Of a DNA stretch of 64,000 bases, positions 24,700 through 36,526 are shown in pieces. The position numbers and the translations under genes are program-made. The stretch lies in assembly GCA_001643675.2 (NCBI GenBank), contig LSRY02000036.1, forward strand, positions 434,001 through 498,000, given 5' to 3'. The notes beneath the pieces are model-generated. The model did no database searches. It was not told the origin of the DNA and was given only the letters and a program-made list of their open reading frames with translations. How positions within the stretch are numbered: the first letter of the stretch is position 1; each line of letters begins with the position of its first letter. The stretch comes from Monocercomonoides exilis PA203. Lineage: Eukaryota > Protista > Preaxostyla.

Positions 24700-25560
24700 C
24701 AGTTGCTGTCTCCCACTCCTCAATCACAAGTCCAGCCAACACGCCCCAATCCTCCTCTTTTCTTCTCGCTCTACCATCTTCAAATCCATTCTCTTGGAGT
24801 GTTTCCTCGTCCCTTTTCAGTCCTGCGCTCTCTCCTTTTCAATTTTCTTTGCCTTCCTGTTTTGACTCCTTCGAAAAATACGTCTCAGTCTCTTCGCGCT
24901 TCTTCCGTTGCGCAACTCTGCGTGCCTCCAATGCATGTGCAGGCCGAAAGGCGAGTCTGGTTTGGTTGCAAAAGATTCAGTCTGCATTTGGCTCTGTTTT
25001 GCTTCTGATTCGCCTTCATTTCGATCTCTCAGGCTGCTCAGAACAACTATTATCGCAACAATAAACACAAAAAAATAAAAGGAAAGAAAAAGAAAAGGAA
25101 GCGAGCACACTTCCTATGAATGCATGCTCCTCATGGCTGGCAATGCCGTTTCCTCATCTTTCTCAGCTTCGTCGCTTTCCTTCAAGCATTCCGAATCTGA
25201 TGCAACCTCTTCCAACAAAAGTGGCCAGAAAAGTGATGATATCCCAAATGGCAAACCAGAAGCGCTCCTTTCTTCGACTGAACTCGCGCATTTCTTTTCC
25301 AGAAATCATCTCTTCATGCTGAGTTTGTTGAACAAAGACCATATTGGTTTTTTTTATTAAAGTTTGGTTAACGGTAAGCATTGATAAGAGGGGCGCATCT
25401 GCCTATGCCTTCTGAATAATGAGTGCACCATCCATGCTGAATGCCATTTTCTATTGTTATAAGTTGTTCTGTTTCTTATATCAACTGGCACATCATCCAT
25501 TTTTCATAAATTGTACAATCTCTCTAGTGCATAACTTCCTGAACAAAATAATCGTTGTCA
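24700..25560 (-). pseudogene. Mirror copy of the decayed family pseudogene (approximate)
   Basis: Reverse complement of ~2040-2900, with several substitutions at 25405-25545. Confidence 0.5.
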
Positions 25561-25689
25561 GTGGATGCACCAACAAAATAATCGAGATGAAAGATTTTTC
25601 ACAATTTCCCTTAACAAATATTGAAATGAATTTGTTCTCATCCAAGTGCTTATGGGCCAACAAGTTCGAAATATCTTTGATAAAAGCAA

Positions 25690-28287
25690 ATGAATTGTGT
25701 GATATTCTGTGCAATGGCAGCGTTGATGGTGCTAGCAGATGCGAGGGCAGGGCCAGCACAGCCGCTGGCGCTGGCAGCGCGTGTGGGCCGGGCAGAGCAA
25801 GGAGCAAATGGGCTGGAGCAAGTTGTGCGTCTGGCCGACGGGGAGTACGAGACGGGGTCGAACATGATAGCAATGCGCAAGCTGGTGGTGAAGGGAAGCG
25901 AAAAGGCGTCCGTCGGGGCAGTGGTGGCGGCAGAGGCCGGGGAGAAAGGAGAGCTGTTCAAACTGGAGAAGTCGAGCCTTTCGCTTCGCTGGGTGGGGCT
26001 GAGGAGCGTGTGGGCGAGCGTTGCAGAGGTGGGGGAGGAGAGCAGGCTGGGGATGCGGAAGTGCGAGATGGCGCTGGACTTTGGGCGTGTGCATGCAGTG
26101 GTGAACCGTGGCGGGTTTGTTGAGCTGTCGGAGGTGCAGCTTGTGCCAGTGGGCGGGGCAGAGCGGGTGCTGACGCTGGTGAAAGGGATGGGGCGTGGGG
26201 GCGAGGTGCGGATGTTTGGGATGGAGTTTGAGGGGCTGAGCACAGCGAGAGGAGAGGCGCTTGTGACAGACAGCTGTGCAGAGGCAGTGGTGCTGGAGGG
26301 GTGTGTCTTCCGGGGCATTCGTGAGGGGGCATGGGCAGCAGCAGCAGAAGAAGAAGAAGAAGAAGAAGAAGAAGAAGAAAAGAAGGCGCTGGGAGGGGCG
26401 CAAGCGTGCAGGGTGCATGGGTGCAGGTTTGAGGAAGTGGAAAACGGGCTGTATGGATGTGTTGTGATGGGGATGCTTGGGGGCGGGGCTGTGGAGGTGG
26501 AAGAGTGCACGTTCGACAGCTGCAAGACGAGCGGGGTGGAGGCGAGAGCAGCAGGAATTGCAGCAGCAGCGTCGGCGGAGGGGGTGTTTGGGCGAGCATC
26601 GGCGACGTACCGGTCGAACACATTCAAAAACCTGCACAGCACAGGAAGCGGAGGGGCGATCTATTTTGTCAGCAGCGGGACACTGACGATTTCGTCGTGC
26701 CGGTTTGAAGAGTGCTCGGCAGAGCAGAGCGGGGGAGCGGTTGCGGTGGAGCCGCTTGACGGGTCAGCGGGGAGCGTGGAGATTGCATCGTCGTCGTTCA
26801 AGACGTGCTCGGCGTCGTTGGATGGCGGGGTGCTGTTTGTGGGCGGGAGCGGGGCAGGGTCGGTGGTGGTGAAGTCGTCATCGATGCAGAAGTGCAGTGC
26901 GGGAGGGCGCGGGGGTGGGGTGTGCATGAACGGGACGCTTGTGCTGAAGTCGAGCGAGGTGAAGGAAGCGTCGGCGGGGTGTGGAGGAGGGGTGCACATT
27001 GAGGTGGCGAGCGGGGTATCGGAGATTGTGTCGTCGACGATCAAGGACGCGAACAGCAGCGGGCGGGGCGGGTGTGTGTATGTTGGGGAGGTGAGCGAAG
27101 GGGCGCGGCTGGAGATGAGGTCGTCGGATGTGAAGAGAGGGAGGGCAGAGGAAGAAGGAGGGTGTGTGCATTTGGGGAAAGTGCTGAAGAGGGGGTCGTT
27201 TGTTTGCGAATCGACAACGATTAAGGATGGGGTGACAGGGACAAATGGAGGGTGCCTGTTTGTGGAGTCGGTGGGTGGGCAGGGGAAGTTCACGATGAAG
27301 TCGTCGGATGTGAATGGGGGAGAGGCGAAGAAAGGGAGAGGGGGAGGGATCTTCTTTTCGGCAGGGCAGAAGCAGGAGGTGTATGAAGCGAGCGAGCGGC
27401 CGCAGATGATCATGAACTACATGATGTTTTCGGGGAACGAGGCGCAGAGCGGGGGGAAGGACATCGAGGCAGAAGAAGGGTGGAGCACGATCATCACAGA
27501 GAAGGTGTTCTACCGGTCGTACTCGATGAGCGAGCAGCCGCGTGTGTATGTGGAGGGGACAGGGGACATGAGCAACGTTTTGCCGGATGCGCCGTTCAAG
27601 AAGGTGATCATAGCGGCAGTTGTGGCATTCGCAGTGGTGGCAGCGGTTGTGGCGGTGGGTGTTGTGCTGTGTGCGTGCTTCTGTCCGTGCTGCGCGTGCT
27701 GTGCGTGCTGCCCGTGCTGCCGGCAATACAAGCTGCGGAAGGAGAAGGAGGAGAAGAGGAGGACGCGGCTGATGGTGAATGGGAGCAGCTTTGCGCTGCC
27801 AGCTGAGCCGCGGTCGACGAGAGACGAGAACGAGAGAGGGATGGGGCAGATGGTTGTTGCAGTGGACACAGCACAGAACGATCAGAAGTTTGGAGCAGAG
27901 CCTAACGGAAGCAGCGTGCAGACAGTTCAGATGGCACAGATGGCACCAGCAGGGATGGCGCCGTATCCGGTGCTGCCGCAGCAAGGGCAGGTGCCAGTGG
28001 CAGTGGGAGTGCAGTTTCAGGCGCCTCCGATGCAGCCGCCACCACAACAAGGGGTGGTGTATGGACCAGTGGGAAATGTGGCAGCTGGGTACATGCCAGT
28101 CTATCAGGGCACACAAGCACAGTATGTGATTGCGCAGCAGCCGTATCCACAGCCACCTCAACCACCTCAACCATCTCAGCCACCTCAGACACCTCAGACA
28201 CCTCAGACACAGCCAGCCATTTCACTGCCGAGCCAGTCGGATGTGCCTCAGAAGGAGATCGACAGCGACTTGCCTGTGAAAGTGTAG
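25690..28287 (+). CDS. Type-I membrane protein: signal peptide, GGA(I/V)/GGC beta-helix repeats (Pmp/pectin-lyase-like), TM helix, Cys string, Pro/Gln-rich tail; 865 aa, intronless
   Basis: MNCVIFCAMAALMVLADA; repeats GSGGAIYF, SGGAVAV, GGGVCM, GGCVYV, GGGIFF, FSGNEA; TM VIIAAVVAFAVVAAVVAVGVVL; CACFCPCCACCACCPCC; strongly GC3-rich codons. Confidence 0.88.
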   Translation: MNCVIFCAMAALMVLADARAGPAQPLALAARVGRAEQGANGLEQVVRLADGEYETGSNMIAMRKLVVKGSEKASVGAVVAAEAGEKGELFKLEKSSLSLRWVGLRSVWASVAEVGEESRLGMRKCEMALDFGRVHAVVNRGGFVELSEVQLVPVGGAERVLTLVKGMGRGGEVRMFGMEFEGLSTARGEALVTDSCAEAVVLEGCVFRGIREGAWAAAAEEEEEEEEEEEKKALGGAQACRVHGCRFEEVENGLYGCVVMGMLGGGAVEVEECTFDSCKTSGVEARAAGIAAAASAEGVFGRASATYRSNTFKNLHSTGSGGAIYFVSSGTLTISSCRFEECSAEQSGGAVAVEPLDGSAGSVEIASSSFKTCSASLDGGVLFVGGSGAGSVVVKSSSMQKCSAGGRGGGVCMNGTLVLKSSEVKEASAGCGGGVHIEVASGVSEIVSSTIKDANSSGRGGCVYVGEVSEGARLEMRSSDVKRGRAEEEGGCVHLGKVLKRGSFVCESTTIKDGVTGTNGGCLFVESVGGQGKFTMKSSDVNGGEAKKGRGGGIFFSAGQKQEVYEASERPQMIMNYMMFSGNEAQSGGKDIEAEEGWSTIITEKVFYRSYSMSEQPRVYVEGTGDMSNVLPDAPFKKVIIAAVVAFAVVAAVVAVGVVLCACFCPCCACCACCPCCRQYKLRKEKEEKRRTRLMVNGSSFALPAEPRSTRDENERGMGQMVVAVDTAQNDQKFGAEPNGSSVQTVQMAQMAPAGMAPYPVLPQQGQVPVAVGVQFQAPPMQPPPQQGVVYGPVGNVAAGYMPVYQGTQAQYVIAQQPYPQPPQPPQPSQPPQTPQTPQTQPAISLPSQSDVPQKEIDSDLPVKV

Positions 28288-29267
28288 AGAGAGAGAGAGA
28301 GAGAGCGCCGAAGATGGTGCTTGGGTAGTTGTTTATCTTGTGTATTCACTTTCTCACTTTCTTTCTTTCTTTCTTTTTCTTTCATTTTCTTTTCATATCT
28401 TATCTTCATTTTCTCTTTCTTCTCCATTCATCATCATCATCATCATTTGCTTTCATTTGCCTTCATTTGTGAAAGCTGTGCCTTCTGTTGGATGGTGAGT
28501 GTGATTGCAAGTGTTTGCAGTCAGCAGCATCATCCATCTTTTATTCAATGCAATTTGTGTGTGCACTTTTTAGAGCTCTTTGTGTGCTGCCCTGCGCCTC
28601 TTATCCATTTTCCATAAGTATTTTTCGCATTTTCGTTTTTTTGTTGAATTTTTATTGTTTTGTCGTCTTTTATGTTTTTTGAGTCTTTGCGTTTTCGATG
28701 AGTTATGAATGGCTTTTCGTGTGTTTTTTTATGGTTTGCTGGGTTTTCGTTGGACTGCAAACGCGTTTTCCACACTCTCATCAGAAGATGAGCGTTTTTT
28801 TCTCCATTAATAGTATTTTCGTGTGCAACAGCTGGCTTTCTTTTTTTTTTCCCTTGTTCTTGTTCTTTCATTTGTGCCTCTTTCCTCTCGGAACAAGTGA
28901 AAAGGAAATTTAAAAAAAAAAATCAAAAAAAGTATTTAAAAAAAAAAAAGGTGAAATGAAGTGAAATGAAATGAAAGCAAAGAAGAAGAAGAAGAAGAAG
29001 GCAGAGCCAGCAGTTGTGGATTACCCCCAAAAAGGAGATGCCAACAGCCCCTTTCCTTTGGCTATTCTCGCTTGAACAGCTCTGCCCCCTTCTTCCTCAT
29101 CCTCTCCTCTTCTCGGTTGTACTTCGCAAAGAACTTCGACTGCTTCTTCTGCTGGCGCTCTTCGTATATCAAAATGGAAGTTACAAAACGTCATTATTGA
29201 GATGAAAGATAATTATCAAGTTATATTCTAATCTCCTCTTTGAATCAATTTCCTGTTGATTGCTTCA

Positions 29268-32200
29268 TCAAAAGGGAGTTAAATATGAATCTCTATCAGT
29301 GTCATAGTCATCGAAGGAATCGTCAGTATCTGCTTTGCTGACTCTTGATGTGCTTTCGTCAAACTGGCCTGTTGTCTTAGCATCTTCTTTCTTCTTCTTG
29401 TTGCTGTTGTGCTCCGACTCAACACTTGAATGATCATCAAAACGAAGATTGCCAAATGGCGTTGTCCTGTCGTCTTCATCAAAATACGCATCGTCGTCAA
29501 AATCGTCTTCCGCATAATTATTGTTTGTGCTAGCTTCTGTTTTGCTCATTTCATTGTGCTCTTCCTCTTTTCCTTCAGCTGGCTTTTCTTCTTTTTTATT
29601 CTCTTCAATTGTTTTATCTTCTTTTCCTTTTTCGTTTTCTTTCATTTCTTCGATTTTCTTGTTCTCATTCTCTTTCTCTTGATTTTTAAGAAATCCTTCG
29701 CCATTGAAATTAAAGCCGCCATTCTCTTCTGATTCAGCATTATCGCTCTTTTCCTCCTCTTCTACGTCTTCGTCTCTCCAATCGCCTTCAACTTCCTCGC
29801 CTTTTTCACTCACTTCACTTTTTGTTGAAGATTTCCGACTTCCGATATCAAAGTTATCTGGACGATCTCTTTGGAAAGCGTCTCCTTCATCCATCACTTC
29901 TGGTTGGAATTCATTCAAATCTTCTATTTCTTCATCCAATTTAAGGTGTTTCTGGCTATTTTCTCTGCTGTTGCTTGCAGATCTCATTTCAAATGCATTC
30001 GTTTTCTCAATCTCTTCCTTCTCTTCCTCTTTTTCTTTTTCTTTTTCTTTTTCTTTTGTTGCTTCTTCTTTAACTTCGTCTTTTCTAGAAGAAATTGTGT
30101 TCGAATGTTTGAATTCATCATTTAACACGTCATCGTCAGGCCAATCATTTTTATTTCTTTGGAATCCTTTAACACTTCCTTTACTGTTAACTGAGCTTTT
30201 TTCTTCTTTTCTTGCTTCATTTTCCTCTTCATCATTGTTATCATCATCATCTTCTTCTTCTTCTTCTTCTTCTTCTTCTTCTTCCTTCTCAAAATTATTT
30301 TCTTTGCTTTTTATTTCTTTTTTCCTTTGTGATTCCTTTTCAATTTCACCAGCACTTCTGCCACTTTCTTTCAAAGAAGTTTTCGAACCTTCGCGCGACA
30401 TTTGATTTCTCTCATTCAAAACAGAATGTTCCTCTTCATCCAAATCTTTTGACTCGGAAAGCAGAGTTTCTGAATACTTCCTCTGCAATTCTTTCAATTC
30501 TTGGTATTTTGAAGAAATATCATCGTATTTCAGTTTGGCTTTAACATCTTTTGATTCTTCTTCTTCTTCTTCTTCTTCTTCATTTTCGTCTGTCTTCTGA
30601 AAATGTTGTTCCTTTTTTGTTTCTCTTCTTCTTTCGTCCTGTTTTTTGTTATCTTTTCTCGTTTTGCATTCAGTCTTTCGAGGTTTGCCTTTAAATTTCT
30701 CAGATTTGGCGCGTTTTTTGTTGGGGACAAATTCGTTTTCCTCTTCTTCTTCCTCATCATCATCTTCTTCTTCCTCTTCTTCTTCCATTTCTTCATCTTC
30801 CTCTTCCTCTGTTTCTTCTTCTTCCTCTTCGTCATCATTATCTTCATCGTGTTCTTCTTCATCGCTTAATTCATCTTCAAAACTTGTTTTCTCATCTTCC
30901 ACAATTTCAGACTCATCTCTTCTTTTCTTTTTATTTCCTGTTTTCTTCTTCTTCTTCTGAGTCTTCTTCTGCTTCATTTTCTCCTTCTCCTTTTTTTCAT
31001 TCAATCCTTTCCTTCTTGTTTTGCCTGTTTCGTTCTCCTTCTCTCCCGATGCTTCTCTTCTCAGCAGAATTCTCCTTCTCTCTGCATCCACCCCATGTAG
31101 CAGCTCAAACTCTCTCTCAGCCTCCTTGTCGTACTCTTCCCACAACAAATCAGATCTGTTTGATTCGGTCTCTGAATAGCTTGCTTTATGCTTTTCTTTG
31201 CCTTTATCCTTATCTTCAGCTGCAATGTGCTGAAGTTGCAAAGGAAGCGATGAATATTTCGAAGGGGGAATTGATTTTGTGTTTGAATTTTGAGAATATG
31301 GCTGTTGAATTGGCGATGCTCCATAACCCTGGTTGGGCAGCCAAATTGATGAAGAGGCAGAAGCAGAGGCAGAGGCAGAGGCAGAGGAAGAAGTGGATGC
31401 AGATGGCTGAAGAGAAGAAGGAGAGCTGAGAAATGACGAAGGAGGACGAGAGTCTCGAAGGAAATCCGAAGAATAAGGAGAAGGAGAAGGAGAAGAAGAT
31501 GTTGTTGTTGATGATGATGAATATAAGCCAGGCTGAAATGAAATATCAGAAGAAGGGAAAGATGAAGAAGAAAATAAACTTGATGAAGGTTGATATGAAG
31601 AAGAAGAGGGAAAACTTGTGTTTTGAATGGATTGTGGTGCAGAATATGAAGTGCTGAAAGGCAAATTGGATGGTTTGCCTGTAAAATTACTTAAGAAATT
31701 GTCATTTGATGTTCGCGCTGATGAAGAATAAGGTAAATCGTATGTTGCAACTTGTGAAGGATATTGCGATGAAGGATCAAACACATTTTTCCCTGCTGTT
31801 GAATGGAAAATGGATGCAACAGGTGAAACTGAGGAGGAGGAGGAAGAAGAAGAAGAAGAATCAAGTCCATAGTTTGAACTGGCTTTTAAGTCTTTTGAAT
31901 AAGGTTCTTCAAGCAAAGTAGCAGCAGCGGAGGGAGGTGAAGGAAGAGAGGGAGGAAGGGTGTTGGGAGAAGCGAAGCGATCAGACGAAGAGAGGGGCAA
32001 CGGAAAATCCTGAGAACTTATGTTTTTCTGATGTGATTGGCGTTTGGCTGGAGAAGAGGAGGAAGAAAGTTCTGTTTGGAAAGGTGATAATCCTGAGGAA
32101 GAAGAAAAGATGTTCGAATAGTCTGTTTTTTGGCTTTCATAAGGAAATGCTGTGGATTCTTTGGATGAAGAAAGCTTCGCGCTTTTATTTATTGGCAACA

Positions 32201-33615
32201 CTTCTTCTTTTTCTTTTCCTTCTTCTTTTCCTTCTTCTTCTTCTTCAAAAAGTGGCTCAACAACAGTCGTCCATTTAGCTTTCTTTGATTCATCGCTTTG
32301 TTGTTGGGCTTTTGACATTTTTGTGTTTTTTGTGCTTTTCTTCTTTTTTGACTTCGTCTGTTGGTCATTCTGTTTGAGTTCTTCTGCTTTAATCAGCTCC
32401 TGCATATGTGCTATCTTTTCATCCAATTCAAGCTCCTCCTTTTCAAGCTTCACAAAGTCGTTGATAGAAAATATTGATTCACAAATAGTTTACATGCACA
32501 CACACACACAAAAAAAAGAAAAGAAAAGAAAAGAAAAGAAAAGAAAAGAAAAGAAAAGAAAAGAAAAGAAAAGAAAAGAAAAGAAAAGAAAAGAAAAAGA
32601 AAAAGAAAAGATAAAACATTTTAAAAAAATAAGTGATGTATTAAAAAGCAAACTTCTTCTCTTTCTTGTTGCAACTGTTTCAGTTTGTCTGAATAACTCT
32701 CTTCGATTTTCCTTTTTATTCGTGTTTCTTCCACTTTCAGTGCTGCTTCGACCTTAAATAAACATTAATATTCAAAAAAATGAAAATTTCCGCAAACTTT
32801 CTGTTTTGCAAGAAGTTCTGCTTGCTGCTTGGATTCGATGCGAATACGGTCCATCTTTTGCTGCGCCTGATTGAAGTAATTTTCAGTTTGTTTTATAAAG
32901 CATTGTTATTCGTAAAATAACTTGTGATTCATACTATTCTCTGTGAATCTTCTCTTTCTCTTCGTAAAGCTTCGAATTCTGATTGAATTTCGTCTTTTGA
33001 AATCAAATCTGCTTTGAATAAAATATTAATTTCGAAGATAAAAAAAAGAACTACTTTTTCTTCCTTCTTTCATAATGGCAACATTTTCTTCACTTAGCAA
33101 CTTTTCTTTCCCAAGTTTTTTCAAGCAACTCATAAAACGAATCAATAACGGTGGATTGCTTTTTGTAAGTTCATCATTTTCAGGATGAATCTGCGATTAT
33201 GAAAATGTGGAATTAAAAGTGTCAAAAAATTTTTCGGCAAACCAATTGTTCAAAAAGATAAGAACTTTCAGGACCTATCTTCAACATATGAAGTATTTCA
33301 ATGTCCGATAATGATATTAAATCTCTCGATATTTCTCCCTCGGTGGAAAAAACGTTTGCAGTTGAATTATATCCTTGCCATTGAAAAAATTGTGCAATCA
33401 TTGCATCAATTGCCTGGCATGTTAGAGTTTTTGGTTTTGTTTCGGAAAAGTCTCGTTTTTTAAGGACAGTTTCCAGCAAAGAGCCACGAACTTCAGTCTA
33501 TTTTAACTATTCTGTAAATTATCAAAATTGCTCAATTACAAACCTGAACTTTTTTTAAAATTCCTTTTTTTCTCAAAAATTGATGAACCAAATCTCTTGT
33601 TTCTTCATCAGCCAT
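29268..33615 (-). CDS. OFD1: OFD1-like centriolar/basal-body protein (N-terminal TOF/LisH region, long Ser-rich and acidic low-complexity C-terminus), multi-exon
   Basis: Spliced N-terminus MADEETRDLVHQFLRKKGILKKVQ|TEVRGSLLETVL...AIDAMIAQFFQWQGYNSTANVFSTEG (LisH)...ILHMLKIGPESSYLFEQL resembles the OFD1/FOP family; small GT-AG introns in ~32460-33543; terminal exon is ORF 29268..32453. Confidence 0.6.
32518..32610 (+). repeat. (GAAAA)n microsatellite in an intron of the OFD1-like gene
   Basis: About 15 perfect GAAAA units followed by degenerate units. Confidence 0.92.
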
Positions 33616-33840
33616 CAATCCAAATGAAGCTAAATAAAATTTTGAAACTGATTGAAAATATTATGGTAATATCAAAAAGGGTTGAAATCTTTGATTATAG
33701 TTAATGAATGAATTTCCTAAAAATCGTTCAATTTGATTGTAGAAAATTGAAGCAGAAAGGTCATATTCTGGATCATTGATGATATGGAAAATACTCAAAA
33801 TCAAAATTTGTATTTCGACTTTTTTCTTCCATGTTGACAA

Positions 33841-35157
33841 CTATCTTCGAATTTTTCTTTTGAAAATAATAGAAGGCAAAGAAAATATTGTGTCTAAACT
33901 AATGATACTGTCCTCGTACCCTTCTTCCTCCAATTTTTCGAAAAGCTCTCTTTTTGCTATTTTTCTTTTTATTTCACAATTTTCTTCAATCATCTTTTCA
34001 TTAATCCGATTTAAGAGCAAAGATAAAAATTCTGTGCATGTATATACTTGGATTCTTACCAAAGTTGGATGATTTAGCACAGCAAAAATAACCTCAATTG
34101 CGCCTTCTCTCATCAATTCATTGATGATTTCCATTTCTGTTGTAATCATCTTTGAAAAATGTTCAACGCAGTTGATAAACAATTCTTTCTGTTCGTCCTT
34201 TGCAATTCTGCACAAATTCACCAAAGATGCAGCCAGCTTTGAGTATTCATCTCCTAGTGATTCAAATCTGCGCATGTTGAAAAAATACCAAAGATTAGTC
34301 AGCCATCTCTTTATTATTGATTCCTCTTTCGTATGTTTTTGTGCCTCCTTTTTCTGCATGTCCATCTTTCCGTCCAATTCTTCCACTTCTCTCGCTGCTT
34401 CTCTCACAAAGTGCAGCTCTTTAACAACGACATCTTCCAGTTCTCTATTCTCATTCAATCTGAACATAAGAAACATCCAAGCAGATTGATATGCAAGTTG
34501 TGAAAGATTATGATACGTCTGATGATATTTTATAATTTCAGTGATTTCATTTTGATACAATTCTTTGTCTATTTTTTCCTTCATATAATTCCAAAATTAA
34601 TAAAAGAAGAAATTGCTTGATAAAATAAAACAAAGCTACAACATCAAAATGCATACGTCACGCACACAAATGGTACTTAAAGCCAATAACGCTATCTCCA
34701 CTTCTTTTCTAACTTTTTCAGATTCCCCTTTTCTCAAAGAAACTGTAAAAAGAACAGGAATGCTAATTGAAAGCAAGACTTTAGATAAATTATTCCTTTT
34801 TCCGAATAGTAAGAAATAGCATTCGCAAAGATCAGTCAATACATTTTCATTCTTTTCTTCTTTTTTTTCCTCTCCTTCAATTATCAAATGCTTCAATCTT
34901 TTGCGTAACGAAGAATTTTGTGATTCATAAATCCATTTGTCATTAGCAATATGATAGAATCCAATATTCTTTAAAAGCAAAATTGCATGTTCCAAAGATA
35001 AATTCTTCTTTTCGATCATTTCATTTATTTCATTAAAAAATTCCTTTGGTAATGCATGATGAAATTCCCTTTCGCTCATCCTGTCCACTAAAGCATTCAT
35101 TTCATTAATTTTTGTTCTTTGTTTTGCGTCACACGCGTTTTCAAGTTCATTAAACAA
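33841..35157 (-). CDS. Lineage-specific helical family protein (intron 34579-34656); 5' end unresolved
   Basis: LFNELENAC..EEKNENVLTDLCECYFLL..KEVEIALLALSTICVRD|EKIDKELYQNEITEIIKYHQTYHNLSQLAYQSAW..ELFEKLEEEGYED. Confidence 0.82.
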
Positions 35158-36130
35158 TTCTTCATCATTTTAAATGAGTCACATTCTGGTGAAATAAGTA
35201 AATTTTGCATACCAAAAAAAAGTTTCGGAACAGGCATCTTTAACAAATATTAATCAAAATATGAGTTTCAAAACCATTTTGAAAATTCAAATTTGTTTAA
35301 AATCTTGATAAAAATTGTTATAATTCCATTTATGTTTTTAATACCTTTTGAATTCTTTTTATAATTCTCATGCTGCACAAGTTATGTTTGCAATATGGGA
35401 CAGAATTCTTGCATTAATGAAAAATTCAATGTTTTGTACCAAACTTTTACCGAAATCACATCATTATAAATCATCCGTAACATTGCAAATAATAACAAAA
35501 AATTCAAAAATTGAAAAATTTAAAAATATAGTATGGAACAAAATTCATAAAGCTAAATATTTAATCCCATTTGCTCGATAAATGGTGTCTCTAATTTGAT
35601 TAGTCACAAATTTATAAAAATTCAGTCTTTCTTCGGAAAAAAAAAGATAGAGAGAGAGAGAGAGAGAGAAATGAAAGAAATTGAATAGAAAGAAAAGAAA
35701 AGCATTCTGACTCTCCAAGCTCCTCAGTTTATTTTGTTTTTCAATAATTTTGAGGTGAATTAGTAGTCTTTGTTGCCATGTTAAACATTTTGCAATGAAA
35801 GCAGAAAAATATGGGGGAAAATTTAGACTTTCAAACTTTTTCTGAACAAAAGGCATTGAAGAATTGATACACTCATAACTTTTCTGAACTTTCTCAGATT
35901 TCAGAATAAATAAGATTCTCATTTCTGCAAACATGCATCATTGAAATAAAGACATTAAGAATTGAGACATTTCATGAATGTCAAAAAATGGACCCATTTT
36001 TATTGAATTTTTGATCACAAAAAGTTCATCAATGATGTATAATTTTTCAATGAAAAAACCTGAAGTCAAGTATTTTGTCGCATTTGGTCCCAAATGACAA
36101 AACAAAACAAAACAAAAAATAATAATAATA

Positions 36131-36526
36131 CAGATATCGCAAAAAATACCGGACATCACTCAAAATACCGGACAAGATCGTTTTCTCAATAACTGCAAGA
36201 GGAATAATTCTGACAATTTTCCTCAAAACACATCTCATCAATACAAACTCACGTGACAAACAAGACTTTCATGACTTCCTCGTTTATGCTCGGAAAATAA
36301 TTATTAAAAATTCTTTGGGAAACTCAAAATCCACTTTCTCCGAAATTTTAAAAATTGATATTTCTGAGCAAAAACGAGGAAGTCATGAAAGTCTTGTTTG
36401 TCACGTGAGTTTGTATTGATGAGATGTATTTTGAGGAAAATTGTCAGAATTATTCCTCTTGCAGTTATTGAGAAAACGATCTTGTCCAATATTTTGTGCG
36501 ATGTCAGGTATTTTATGCGATATCTG
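36131..36526. mobile_element. Second 396-bp foldback MITE (family A), inserted in a (TAA)n tract with TA flanks; core inverted relative to the 13597 copy
   Basis: aataataaTA|CAGATATCGC...GCGATATCTG|TAataataat; ~165-bp arms with few mismatches; core gggaaactcaaaatccactttctccgaaattt matches the reverse complement of the 13767-13822 spacer; flanks are unique and non-palindromic. Confidence 0.9.

Larger units (their letters stand above)
13823..27600 (-). repeat. Right arm of giant inverted duplication
   Basis: Reverse complement of 1-13766 apart from scattered 1-2 nt homopolymer indels, one triplet-repeat difference and one substitution cluster. Confidence 0.97.

Noticed and set aside
28286-28304. 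(GA)n after the stop codon, and other short microsatellites
   Set aside because: Ordinary simple repeats, abundant throughout the window.
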